Made by a program: the position numbers and the translations under genes | Source of the DNA: an uncultured Bacteroidales bacterium | GTDB taxonomy: Bacteria > Bacteroidota > Bacteroidia > Bacteroidales > Bacteroidaceae | Length of the DNA: 35,307 nt | Assembly (NCBI GenBank): GCA_902803605.1 | Contig: CADCQH010000156.1 | Coordinates: 1 to 35,307, forward strand | Direction: 5' to 3' | Part shown: positions 9,073-17,991 of the stretch, piece after piece | Numbering within the stretch: position 1 is the first letter of the stretch | How the letters are laid out: every line of letters starts with the position of its first letter | The notes under the pieces: model-generated | Told to the model about the DNA's origin: nothing | The model's input: only the letters and a program-made list of their open reading frames with translations | The model's database searches: none

Positions 9073-10395
9073 ATGAAAGGACGGTTTAGGTTCTTGACAT
9101 TCTTCATTTGCATGTCAGTGTCTTTTGTTTCTATGGAAGCAGAAGGCACTGATGCTGTAGAGCCGGACACCGTCCCCAAGTTCATCTACTCGATAGGCGG
9201 CGAGGCTGCCATGAACCACCTGTTCAACATCGAGATGCGCGGCGAGAAAATCGTGAAGCGAGGGTGGGGAGGCAACTACAGTCTCTTCATGACGTCGCAG
9301 GCCAATCCGCTCGACACAGCCATCAGCGTCTATGACCGCATCTTCGGATTCCCGACGCTGGAGGCAGGCGTGCAGCTGCTGGACTACAGCCACACGAGGC
9401 TCCACACGGGGGACACGCCCTACATGTCGCGCCTCGGATATGTCTGGGCGGCATACATCGGTTTCCGCCGCGACATCTACCGCAACAAGAAATGGTCCTT
9501 CGGCTATCTGCTCGAGAACGGCCTCACCTACTGCTCGCGTCCCTATGAGGCATCCAGCAATGTGGACAACGACATGATAGGCCAGCATCTGTCGCTCTAT
9601 TTCGGCTTCGGATGCTATGCCGGCTATCGGGTGACGCCCGAACTGGAACTGAGCCTGGGCTTCGAGTACAAGCACGTGTCGAACGGCGCCACTGACCGTC
9701 CCAACAAAGGCTCCAACTCCTACGGGCTGGCACTCCGTGCACGGTGCGACGTCAATCGTCCCGACGGTGACCAGGGGCAGACCCATGCCCGGCGCCGACA
9801 GCTGCTGAGCCAGTACCCCAAGAAGCCCTTCGACCCCTATGCATACCTCGACATCAATGCGACCGTCGGGTTCCGCACCATGTACGAGGAATGGCTCTTG
9901 CGACGCGATTACCTGCCGGCCGACGACGTCCGCTACCACGACGGGAAGCTGGGACTTCACACTGTCTGGAGTACGTCCCTCGTGCCCATGTTCCACTACA
10001 ATCGCGTTCACGCCTCCGGTCTTGGTCTGGAGTACACCTTCGGCGGCTATACAGGACGCTCCGCAGAAATCGAGCACGAAATCGGCGTGAACAGACACTA
10101 CCGCCACAGCAAGCACACCCTCGGCATCGCCGCTCATCACGAAGTCTTCTACAAGCACCTCTCCCTCGCCGTATCCCTGGGCACCTACATCTTCCGCCAG
10201 CACGGATGGATTCAGAAGAAGTACGAACCCCCTCTCTACGAGACCGTCGGCATCCGCTACTATCCCAAATTCTTCAAGCCCTTCTACATCGGCTACAACG
10301 TCAAGGCCAACGGAGGCAAAGCCTACGACATGGAGCTCAAGGTCGGCATCCACGCCGGACACTGGCGGCTGAGGAAGAAGCATCCGCAAGACTGA
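9073..10395 (+). CDS. outer-membrane acyloxyacyl hydrolase / lipid A deacylase (PagL-like) beta-barrel protein
   Basis: ATG at 9073 gives the signal peptide MKGRFRFLTFFICMSVSFVSMEA. FEYKHVSNGATDRPNKGSN matches the H-x-S-N-G catalytic motif of PagL-type deacylases. Alternating aromatic/aliphatic strands suggest a beta-barrel. The gene is very GC3-rich. It starts 11 nt after the manC stop. Confidence 0.6.
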   Translation: MKGRFRFLTFFICMSVSFVSMEAEGTDAVEPDTVPKFIYSIGGEAAMNHLFNIEMRGEKIVKRGWGGNYSLFMTSQANPLDTAISVYDRIFGFPTLEAGVQLLDYSHTRLHTGDTPYMSRLGYVWAAYIGFRRDIYRNKKWSFGYLLENGLTYCSRPYEASSNVDNDMIGQHLSLYFGFGCYAGYRVTPELELSLGFEYKHVSNGATDRPNKGSNSYGLALRARCDVNRPDGDQGQTHARRRQLLSQYPKKPFDPYAYLDINATVGFRTMYEEWLLRRDYLPADDVRYHDGKLGLHTVWSTSLVPMFHYNRVHASGLGLEYTFGGYTGRSAEIEHEIGVNRHYRHSKHTLGIAAHHEVFYKHLSLAVSLGTYIFRQHGWIQKKYEPPLYETVGIRYYPKFFKPFYIGYNVKANGGKAYDMELKVGIHAGHWRLRKKHPQD

Positions 10396-10448
10396 AAATT
10401 GCTGTCGGAGGCCTCGGACAAATATGGAAAGAAAAAACTTGACGCGAG

Positions 10449-12410
10449 TCAATCCGCACCCTCCGCGGACACTTCCACGTATTGTATGAGCTTGCGGTAG
10501 AACGTGTGATGCTGGAGGGTGGACTTGTCACCGAAGATGATGAGTTTCATGCGGGCTCGAGTCATGGCGACATTCATGCGGCGCAGGTCGGAGAGGAATC
10601 CGATCTGCCCGTTTTCGTTGCTGCGCACCAGGCTGATGAGGATGATGTCACGCTCTTGTCCCTGAAAGCCATCGACGGTGTTGACGCTGACGACCTGACG
10701 GAAGGGCTTGAATTCTTCCCGGCGGCGAATCTGCTGGCGGAGGTACTGGGTCTGAACCTTGTAGGGGGAGATGATGCCGACGTCGAGACGCTCGTCGAGG
10801 AAGCGCTTCTGCCCGATTTTATCGATGTAGTTGCGGAGGGTGGTGAGCACGAGTTCTGCTTCCGACTTGTTGATGCGTCCGTGGGTTTCGCCAATAAACT
10901 GCTCGGTGAAATCGATGTCCAGCTTGTTCTCTTCCGTCAGTTCCTCGTTCACTTGCTGCAGCATCTCGTTGCCGTCAATCCACTGGATGGGGTGCTCCCA
11001 GTCGAGGACGGAACGGTGCTTGACGCTTGCATCGGACTCGACCTGGCCGTGGTAGAACCAGTCGGAGGAGAACTTCATGATGGCATCGTTCATGCGGTAC
11101 TGCACTTTGAGCAGGGTGACGGTGTCGGGCTGATTCTCCACGATGCGTTCCATGAGCGTCTTGCCGAGTCCCTGTTTCATGGCTTCGTAGCACTTGATGG
11201 TGGGTGGAAGCTGCTGGTGGTCGCCGGCCAGGATGATGCGTGAGGCTCGCCTTGTGGCAATCCAACATGCGGGTTCGAGGGCCTGTGCCGCTTCATCGAT
11301 GAAAAGGGTGGAGAATTTGTGGCGCACCAGGAGCTTGTTGGCTGAGCCGACGAGGGTGCAGGCCACCACACGTGCCTCGTCGAAGAGCTGGGCGTTGATG
11401 GCCATTTCTATTTCCGTGGCACGGTCGCGCAGACGGGCTATCTTCTGGTGGACATTATCACCGCGTTTACGGTTCTCCCTGATCTGGCGGATGGTCTTGC
11501 GGATGCTCCACAATTCAGGATAGTCGGGATGGCTCTCAAACTTGCGCTCGTAAGTGAAGGAGAGCATCTTGTCGTTCACCCGCGAGGGGTTGCCGATGCG
11601 CAGGACGGGCACTCCGTGGTCGACGAGTTTCTCGCTGATCCAATCGACGGCCATGTTGCTTTGCGCACATACCAGCACCTGGGTCTCACGATGGAGGGTC
11701 TCGTAGATGGCTTCGACCAGGGTGGTGGTCTTGCCTGTCCCCGGAGGACCATGCACCACAGCCACATCCTTTGCCCACAGCACCTCGTTCACGGCAGCCT
11801 CCTGCGTTTTGTTCAGCCAAGGGAACTGCATGGGGGTGAAGGTGCGCTTCTCGGGTTTCTGCTGTCCCGCCACGATGTCGCGCAAATCTGCCAGACGGTT
11901 GTTCTTGGCGTTGATGACCTCGTCGAGGGCATGAAACATAGTCTTGTAGGAGGTCTCGTCGAAGTAAAGCTGCACGCCCAGGTTCTGTGCATTCTGAAGG
12001 TCGATGAGCGCCTGGGAAGAGGGTAGCGTGACCACCATCTTGTCGCCATCCACATAAGAAACCGTCGATGAAATGGCGTAGTAATGCTTTTGGCTGGAAG
12101 ATTGGGACGTTTGCTTTTCTGCATCGAAGAGTGGGGAACTGAAGAACTGTACGGGCTTGCCATACTCAAAGAGATGTTCGATATCCTCTTCGTCTTCTTG
12201 TTGCCTCTTTTTGACGATTTCAACGACCAATTGGTTCAGTGAATTGTAATAACTGCGTCCAGCCTCTACGGGATACCAGCAGATGCCGCGATGTATTTTC
12301 CGTTGGATGCCCATCTTCTCCGACTGCACCAGAAACTCCTCCTTTTCATAGTCGTATTCCATCTGGAGCAGTTGACGAAGACGCTGCAAGTATAGTGTGC
12401 CGCTCTGCAT
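10449..12410 (-). CDS. superfamily-1 helicase, DNA2/NAM7 (Upf1/IGHMBP2-like) family
   Basis: 653 aa. Walker A HGPPGTGKTT, Walker B LFIDEAAQ, and the motifs ILAGDHQQLPP, VDGFQGQERDIILIS and NVAMTRAR. Confidence 0.85.
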   Translation of the reverse strand: MQSGTLYLQRLRQLLQMEYDYEKEEFLVQSEKMGIQRKIHRGICWYPVEAGRSYYNSLNQLVVEIVKKRQQEDEEDIEHLFEYGKPVQFFSSPLFDAEKQTSQSSSQKHYYAISSTVSYVDGDKMVVTLPSSQALIDLQNAQNLGVQLYFDETSYKTMFHALDEVINAKNNRLADLRDIVAGQQKPEKRTFTPMQFPWLNKTQEAAVNEVLWAKDVAVVHGPPGTGKTTTLVEAIYETLHRETQVLVCAQSNMAVDWISEKLVDHGVPVLRIGNPSRVNDKMLSFTYERKFESHPDYPELWSIRKTIRQIRENRKRGDNVHQKIARLRDRATEIEMAINAQLFDEARVVACTLVGSANKLLVRHKFSTLFIDEAAQALEPACWIATRRASRIILAGDHQQLPPTIKCYEAMKQGLGKTLMERIVENQPDTVTLLKVQYRMNDAIMKFSSDWFYHGQVESDASVKHRSVLDWEHPIQWIDGNEMLQQVNEELTEENKLDIDFTEQFIGETHGRINKSEAELVLTTLRNYIDKIGQKRFLDERLDVGIISPYKVQTQYLRQQIRRREEFKPFRQVVSVNTVDGFQGQERDIILISLVRSNENGQIGFLSDLRRMNVAMTRARMKLIIFGDKSTLQHHTFYRKLIQYVEVSAEGAD

Positions 12411-12446
12411 GACTTTCGTTTTAATGCTAATCTGTTTTAATGTGTT

Positions 12447-14657
12447 TCAGTCAATGTTCAGGATCAATGCATCCAGCAAGAGGGTGAGGGTGGTGCCCTT
12501 CAGCAATTTATGACGATGGAGCGTATTGAGTTTCTGCTTGAAGTCGGCGATGTTCTCTTCGTTGACGACGGGTTTCAGCAGTTGGTGAGCCTCCCTCATC
12601 TTGCCATCCATCAGCATCACGATGCCAAACAGGATGGCGGCTTCTTCTCGGGTGGTATCCTCCGCTTGCAGTTTCAGAATATGGGTCATCGCCTCATTCT
12701 TTTTCTTGTTGACGATGAGACACCACGCCAGTTGCAGCCGCACCATAGACGATTCTTCATCCAGAAACGATGCCTTGTACAATAGTGGCAGTGCCTCTGT
12801 GTAGCGCTCACCCTGCATCATCGATTGTGCTGCGTTCATCAGGTATTTCAGATTCTCCGGCTGGATTTGATGAAGTTGTGTGTAATACTTGACGGCATCA
12901 TCCACGTTGCCTGATGTGTAGCAGAGCATGGCCAGATGGCTGAGCGTCCACTTCGAATTGGGTTTGATGCTGTTGGCCACGGTGTAGGCATGGATGGTTT
13001 CCTCGGTGTGATTCAGTTTCTGGTGGCAGAATCCGATTTTCTGCCAGATGCTGGCCAGGTCGGGGTCAAACTCATTGTCGGCGATGGTGGCGAAGATGTC
13101 GAGCGCCGCCTGATAGAATTCTTTTCGCATGAGGAAGTCGGCGTATTGTGCCATCTCTTCCTTGTCATCGGCCATGAGTTCGAGCAGCCAGGGGTTGCTG
13201 AATGGTGTGACAGGGTGTTCCTTCAGTGTGGTGAAGGGGTTGACGAATTGCTGCTTGTACGGATACAGATGATAGAAGCGGTAGAGGTCAAAGACGTAGT
13301 GTCTGCGGATGTCCGCCTTCTTGGGCTTATGCAATTCTTCGCTGTCTGCCAACTCGTCTACGTCCATTCCATCGGGCAATTGCCTGTTGATTTGTGCCTC
13401 GATGGCGGTTCCCGCCATGCTGCCGAGGTTGGAGAATGTGAAGCACAGGGAGTATTTGTCGCTGTTGCAGAAAGGACTGCCGTTGAGAATGAGCCGGATG
13501 ACCTTATTGACCATTCCACCAGCAAACATCTTCAGTTCGGGAACATGCTGGTTGTCCAGGGAGAATGGGTAGAACCAATGTGGCATCTGATGGAAGAAAG
13601 AGTAGCCTTTCAGCGTGGAGAATGAGGCAAAATAGATGTCAGCCCCGTCCAGTTGCATCTCCGCCATCTCATGCATCTTCCTGTTCATTTTCTCGTCGCT
13701 CATCCATTCGGGATTCTCTCCGTTCTTGATGAAAGCATCGGGGTCTATCTCTTTTTTCTCAGGATTTTTCTTTGCCATCAGTCCCTGCATCAGTGTCGGC
13801 ATGATGTCGTTGCGCATCCGTGAGGTCACTCTGTCCGTCGTGCAACTCATCTGCAGTTGCATCATGGTGGCATAGAGGTCGTGGATGAAGACGGAATCAT
13901 CGCTGTAGATGTGCAGGCGGTCTTTCAGTTCCTGATTGTCTTTCAGCCTGTCGAAATGCAGATGGAGCACGAGCAGGAATCCGGTTAATGCCCGCTGCGA
14001 CACGATTTCGTCTTCTACCAGATAGCTGTCCAGCAGGAAGAGCACTTTTGCCGAGTCTGCAAATTCCATGAGGGACAGGGTGATGGCTGCGATAAACACG
14101 GCCTTGTCGTTGGTGCTGAAACTGTCGGAGAGGAGGAGGCGGTTGGCCAAGTCCACGTCAGCATTCTGCCACACCTCGCTGGTCCATGTCCAGTTGAAGA
14201 GGTTCAGCATTGCTGCCTCATGCTGTTCGGCGAGGCTTTCCATGCGATGTTGGCGGATGGAATCGCGGATGAGTTCATCGCTGGCCACCTCATCGATTTC
14301 CTGCGTCACCGTCTCCAGTTGGCTGACGAGACTTTCGAACGAGGGGATTCGTTTCATCTCCTTGCTGACGCTGACGTATTTCTCCTCTGCGTGAATCTTG
14401 ATGCGCTCCAGCCGTTCCAGACGGCTCACCACATAACAGAGTTGACGGCAGATGTCTGTACGGATACGCTCACGCTGCGCATCCTCGATGCCTTGCAGCA
14501 TGAATTGCAGCATTTGCTGATAGGTCGTCCAGAGGTTTTCTGTCTCTTCCGTCAGAGCCCAGTTGCCTATCTCCGTCGCCTTCTGACGAATCAGAGGAAA
14601 TGTTTCCGCAAGGTTTCCCCTCCCAAGTTTTGTCTGTATGTCTAAGTAGTCCATCAT
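12447..14657 (-). CDS. large tetratricopeptide-repeat protein of unknown function
   Basis: 736 aa with no signal peptide. The C-terminal third shows TPR-like helical repeats (AALDIFATIA..., WQKIGFCHQKLNHTEETIHAYTVANSIKP, DDAVKYYTQLHQIQPEN, YTEALPLLYKASFLDEE). The start lies 6 nt after the stop of the upstream gene. Confidence 0.6.
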   Translation of the reverse strand: MMDYLDIQTKLGRGNLAETFPLIRQKATEIGNWALTEETENLWTTYQQMLQFMLQGIEDAQRERIRTDICRQLCYVVSRLERLERIKIHAEEKYVSVSKEMKRIPSFESLVSQLETVTQEIDEVASDELIRDSIRQHRMESLAEQHEAAMLNLFNWTWTSEVWQNADVDLANRLLLSDSFSTNDKAVFIAAITLSLMEFADSAKVLFLLDSYLVEDEIVSQRALTGFLLVLHLHFDRLKDNQELKDRLHIYSDDSVFIHDLYATMMQLQMSCTTDRVTSRMRNDIMPTLMQGLMAKKNPEKKEIDPDAFIKNGENPEWMSDEKMNRKMHEMAEMQLDGADIYFASFSTLKGYSFFHQMPHWFYPFSLDNQHVPELKMFAGGMVNKVIRLILNGSPFCNSDKYSLCFTFSNLGSMAGTAIEAQINRQLPDGMDVDELADSEELHKPKKADIRRHYVFDLYRFYHLYPYKQQFVNPFTTLKEHPVTPFSNPWLLELMADDKEEMAQYADFLMRKEFYQAALDIFATIADNEFDPDLASIWQKIGFCHQKLNHTEETIHAYTVANSIKPNSKWTLSHLAMLCYTSGNVDDAVKYYTQLHQIQPENLKYLMNAAQSMMQGERYTEALPLLYKASFLDEESSMVRLQLAWCLIVNKKKNEAMTHILKLQAEDTTREEAAILFGIVMLMDGKMREAHQLLKPVVNEENIADFKQKLNTLHRHKLLKGTTLTLLLDALILNID

Positions 14658-14663
14658 TGTTTC

Positions 14664-15563
14664 TTATTTCACCAGACCGCGTCCTTTAGCCCATTTCTTC
14701 ACGTCCGTCATCATTGAGTCTGCGTAGGTGATGCTCGGTTTCATCGGCACATAAGTGACCAGCGTGTCGGGCAGATAGATCCGATGCGACTCGGGAATGT
14801 AGTCCAGCACGTTTGCCAGCGTGTCGGCATTCAGCGCTTCCACAGCCATGTCGTACACTGTCTTCACCTTGTCAATCTCAGGTTTCCTTGCCTTGTAGAT
14901 GGAGTCGCTGAAGAGCACGCACATCAAGTTTTCCACTTTCAAATCTTCCGTGCCGTCTAACCTCTTCGCCCCTCTTGCCACAGCCTCGCTGGCGTATGGT
15001 TCGGGCAGGATGGCGCCGTCGTATTGGTTCTGGTCCACCATAAGGCAGCGCAGTTTTATGTTGTTGATTTGCGGCTTGTTGAGGTCGATGCTCTGAAGCT
15101 TCACCGATTCCAGAATTTTGTCCGCGAAGTAGTCCACAGCCGAATGCCGCGTGATACCAATGATTTTCTCCTTCAGACTTTCCGCCTTCATTACTCGTGC
15201 CTTCGACGCGGTGACGAGCCACATTCTCAGTTCACCCACCATCGCCACCTGTGCCGTGTCGCCCTGACCCTGCCAGATGCACGCTTTCACCAAATCGCTC
15301 ACCAAACCGTCAACATCGCCGTTCACGAAGGCCGTGTCAGCATCCATCGCCGCATCGAAGGAGATGAGCCTTACGTCCACTCCCAAGGAGTCGAACAGTC
15401 CGATGGAATCGGCATAATAGAATGGCAGACAGTCCATCGTGGGCAGCACGCCCAGCCTGAGAGCGGTGGAGTCAGCGTCAGCCCCTGTCCCGTCCGTCTG
15501 ACGGCACGAGCCGCACAGTCCCACAGCTGCACAAAGTAAGGATATATAGATGAGTTTTCGCAT
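14664..15563 (-). CDS. NMT1/THI5 - SsuA/TauA-like substrate-binding lipoprotein (orphan; no permease or ATPase nearby)
   Basis: ATG at 15563 gives MRKLIYISLLCAAVGLCGSC (lipobox). LRLGVLPTMDCLPFYYADSIGLFDSLGVDVRLISF resembles type-2 periplasmic binding proteins of the nitrate/sulfonate/bicarbonate family. Confidence 0.6.
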   Translation of the reverse strand: MRKLIYISLLCAAVGLCGSCRQTDGTGADADSTALRLGVLPTMDCLPFYYADSIGLFDSLGVDVRLISFDAAMDADTAFVNGDVDGLVSDLVKACIWQGQGDTAQVAMVGELRMWLVTASKARVMKAESLKEKIIGITRHSAVDYFADKILESVKLQSIDLNKPQINNIKLRCLMVDQNQYDGAILPEPYASEAVARGAKRLDGTEDLKVENLMCVLFSDSIYKARKPEIDKVKTVYDMAVEALNADTLANVLDYIPESHRIYLPDTLVTYVPMKPSITYADSMMTDVKKWAKGRGLVK

Positions 15564-15583
15564 TGTGCTTGGATTTTTGATTG

Positions 15584-15591
15584 CAAAGGTA
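15584..15591 (-). promoter_or_regulatory. -7 promoter box TACCTTTG for the binding-protein/TPR operon
   Basis: Plus strand caaaggta is TACCTTTG on the minus strand, 21 nt upstream of the ATG at 15563. Confidence 0.45.
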
Positions 15592-15684
15592 GCACAAACC
15601 ACGGACACCACCAAACAAATCCCTGATTTTAATTCTCGTTAGCCTGGTCGATATGATAAGAATGAGTATATTCTCCTCCAAATT

Positions 15685-16494
15685 TTACTGCTTCAAGGCT
15701 TCGAGGAGTTGGTCCATTGCCTGGGCAGGGTCACGGGTCTCTTCGTAGAGCTTGACGAATTTGGAACCGATGATGGCGCCAGCGGCATTGGCTTGGGCAG
15801 TTTGGAGGGTTTGGCGGTTGCTGATGCCGAAGCCGATCATACAGGGATGGTTGAGGTGCATGGCCTTGATGCGGGAGAAGTAGGCTTGTTTCTGGTCGTC
15901 AAACTCTTTTTGGGCTCCAGTGGTGGCTGCAGAGGAGACCATGTAGATGAAACCATCGGTGTGTTCGTCGATGAAGCGGATGCGCTCGTCACTGGTTTCG
16001 GGGGTAATGAGCATGATGATACGGATACCGTAATGATCGGCAACGGGCTTGTACTCTTCGAGGTAGTCCTTGAAGGGAAGGTCCGGGATGATGACACCGT
16101 CGATGCCCACCTCGACGCATCGCTGGCAGAAAGCGTCAAAACCGAATTGCATGATGGGGTTGAGGTAGCCCATGAGGATGAGGGGGATGGAGACTGGTTG
16201 AGAGTTCAGACTGTCAGGTTGAGAATTTAGAGGTTCTCTGATGCCCTCAAGCTGTGAGAAGAGTTTCTTCAGTGTCATGCCGTTGCGCAGAGCTTTGGTG
16301 GCTGCATCTTGTATGACGGGTCCGTCGGCCATGGGGTCGGAGAAGGGTATGCCGATTTCTATCATGTCAATGCCTTTCTGCTGGAGGGTGCGGATGGTGT
16401 CGGCTGTTCCGCCGAGGGTGGGGTGTCCTGCGCAGAAGTAGATGGAGAGGATGTTTTCGCGCTTGGTGGCGAAGAGTTTATTGATTCTGTTCAT
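15685..16494 (-). CDS. trpA: tryptophan synthase alpha chain
   Basis: ATG at 16494 (MNRINKLF...). IEIGIPFSDPMADGPVIQ catalytic loop and GFGISN. The longer track ORF would overlap trpF and is rejected. Confidence 0.9.
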   Translation of the reverse strand: MNRINKLFATKRENILSIYFCAGHPTLGGTADTIRTLQQKGIDMIEIGIPFSDPMADGPVIQDAATKALRNGMTLKKLFSQLEGIREPLNSQPDSLNSQPVSIPLILMGYLNPIMQFGFDAFCQRCVEVGIDGVIIPDLPFKDYLEEYKPVADHYGIRIIMLITPETSDERIRFIDEHTDGFIYMVSSAATTGAQKEFDDQKQAYFSRIKAMHLNHPCMIGFGISNRQTLQTAQANAAGAIIGSKFVKLYEETRDPAQAMDQLLEALKQ

Positions 16495-16517
16495 GATGTA
16501 TGTTTTGTTATGGAGTT

Positions 16518-17126
16518 TTATGGTTTGACGTTTTGGATAAATGTTCCGATGGCTGTGGCGTCCTTGAGTGCAGGGGCGGTCTCGAAGCCTGAGTTGAGGT
16601 CGATACCTGCGTAGAGTGGATGTCGGAACTGCTTGACAGCCTCCGTATCGGTTGGCTTGATGCCGCCCGTGAGAAGGAAAGGTGTGGATCCGTGGTAGGC
16701 GATGAGAATGTCCCAATCGAACTTCGTGCCGTTGCCGCCAATGGACTTACCTTTAGTGTCAAAGAGGAAGTAGTCAGCATGACCTTCATAGTTGGCGGTC
16801 TGAGCAAGGTCGTAAGTTGTGGCGATGTTGAATGCCTTGATGACTTTCCACTCGCTGTGAAGCTGCTGGCAGTAGTCAGGCGACTCGTGTCCATGGAGCT
16901 GGATGAGGTCGAGGCGGTACTGACGGGCGATATGGCGGACGTGCTCGATGTCCTCATCGACGAATACTCCGACACGCTTGGCGCGCTGGGGCATGTGGAC
17001 GGGCTGGTGGCTGACAAAGCGTTTGGATTTGGGCCAGAAAATGAAGCCCATCCAATCGATGCCTTTGATCGCATCGACTTGCTGGATGTTGTCGGCGTCG
17101 CGCATGCCGCATACTTTGATAATCAT
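16518..17126 (-). CDS. trpF: phosphoribosylanthranilate isomerase
   Basis: 202 aa. MIIKVCGM start, LTGGIKPTD and IDLNSGFE motifs, and position within the trp operon. Confidence 0.9.
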   Translation of the reverse strand: MIIKVCGMRDADNIQQVDAIKGIDWMGFIFWPKSKRFVSHQPVHMPQRAKRVGVFVDEDIEHVRHIARQYRLDLIQLHGHESPDYCQQLHSEWKVIKAFNIATTYDLAQTANYEGHADYFLFDTKGKSIGGNGTKFDWDILIAYHGSTPFLLTGGIKPTDTEAVKQFRHPLYAGIDLNSGFETAPALKDATAIGTFIQNVKP

Positions 17127-17166
17127 TTAGTTGATGGAGATGAATGTTGTCAACGGGGAAATTGTT

Positions 17167-17967
17167 TTATTGGGTGACTTGGTCGATGAAGTCGGCGAGA
17201 GCCTTGCCCGGGTCGTCAGTCCTCATGAAGGTCTCGCCGATGAGAAATCCGCGGAAACCAGCCTGACGGAGTTCACAGACCGTCTGTGGCTGGCTGATGC
17301 CGCTCTCGCTGACGAGCAGGTAGTTCTTGGGCAGTAGGGAGGCGAGGCGGTAGGAATTGGCCACGTCGGTGTGGAATGTGCCAAGGTTGCGGTTGTTCAC
17401 GCCCACCATGTCGATGCATTCGCCTACATATTCCAGCTCTGGTTCAGAATGTACTTCGAGCAGGGTCTCAAGTCCCAATTCGTGGGCTTTTTTCGCAAGA
17501 GACTGACACTCATCACGCTGAAGGTCGGCAGCAATGAGCAGGACTGCATCGGCACCGACCATCTTAGCCTGATAGAGCTGGTACTCATCGACGATGAAGT
17601 CCTTGCGGAGAATGGGACAGGTAACTGTCGGACGGGCAATGCGGACGTAGCGCAGGTTGCCGCCGAAGTACTTTTCGTCGGTGAGAATGGAAATTGCGCT
17701 GGCACCATTTTGGCAGTATGCTGCAGGGATGACGTCGGGGGGTCCTTCGGCCTTAATCCATCCTTTTGAGGGACTCTTACGCTTAAACTCAGCGATGATG
17801 CCGGAGGCTGACGTGGAGAGGCTCTCCCGCATGGAACGGTGGGTGGGTTCTGAGTCGGCGAGCAGCGCCTCCACATTGCCATATAACACAGCTGGGGGCA
17901 CAATGGCTTTTTGCTTCTCCAATTCGATGCGCTTGTGGGCGACGATTTCTTGTAGGATATCTTGCAT
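17167..17967 (-). CDS. trpC: indole-3-glycerol phosphate synthase
   Basis: 266 aa. IIAEFKRKSPSKG, ISILTDEKYFGG, EVH and VGVNNRNL motifs. Confidence 0.9.
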   Translation of the reverse strand: MQDILQEIVAHKRIELEKQKAIVPPAVLYGNVEALLADSEPTHRSMRESLSTSASGIIAEFKRKSPSKGWIKAEGPPDVIPAAYCQNGASAISILTDEKYFGGNLRYVRIARPTVTCPILRKDFIVDEYQLYQAKMVGADAVLLIAADLQRDECQSLAKKAHELGLETLLEVHSEPELEYVGECIDMVGVNNRNLGTFHTDVANSYRLASLLPKNYLLVSESGISQPQTVCELRQAGFRGFLIGETFMRTDDPGKALADFIDQVTQ

Positions 17968-17991
17968 GGTGTTAATGGAATTTGATGGGAA

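Noticed and set aside
10405-10418. The palindrome GAGGCCTC (10408..10415) between the convergent PagL-like and helicase genes, considered as a terminator.
   Set aside because: It is an 8-bp perfect palindrome with no loop and no flanking T-tract, so it cannot form a stable terminator hairpin.
9115-10452. A 445-aa minus-strand ORF antisense to the PagL-like gene, the longest unexplained ORF in the track.
   Set aside because: Its product is a low-complexity V/G/A/E/D-rich string with no signal or motifs, as expected for a stop-free shadow frame opposite a very GC3-rich gene. The plus-strand product has a signal peptide, the H-x-S-N-G motif and beta-barrel periodicity.
9073-12410. The GC-rich block (PagL-like gene plus helicase) as a horizontally acquired island. 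A 60-nt spot count gave about 62% GC here versus about 45% in fbp.
   Set aside because: The core housekeeping gene guaA gave the same GC in a spot count (about 62%) and has the same long antisense shadow ORF. The heterogeneity is therefore gene-specific GC3 usage within this genome. There is no integrase, tRNA, direct-repeat boundary or mobile-element gene.
10449-12410. The Upf1/DNA2-like helicase as part of a phage-defence system, for example a Mokosh-like helicase-plus-nuclease arrangement.
   Set aside because: No nuclease (PLD or other) domain is fused or adjacent. The neighbours are housekeeping-type genes, and there are no other defence or mobile genes nearby. This cannot be excluded without an HMM search, but the sequence gives no support.
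16495-16716. N-terminal extensions offered by the ORF track. The trpA extension overlaps trpF. Similar extensions are at 33566..33652 (sensor), 33598..33708 (guaA), 26472..26552 (fbp), 7783..7893 (kinase), 15564..15614 (binding protein), 4795..4851 (lipoprotein), 8971..9072 (PagL-like), and the TTG starts at 2703 and 7980.
   Set aside because: The extensions overlap neighbouring genes or promoter boxes, lack homology-like features, and internal ATGs give canonical N-termini or signal peptides.
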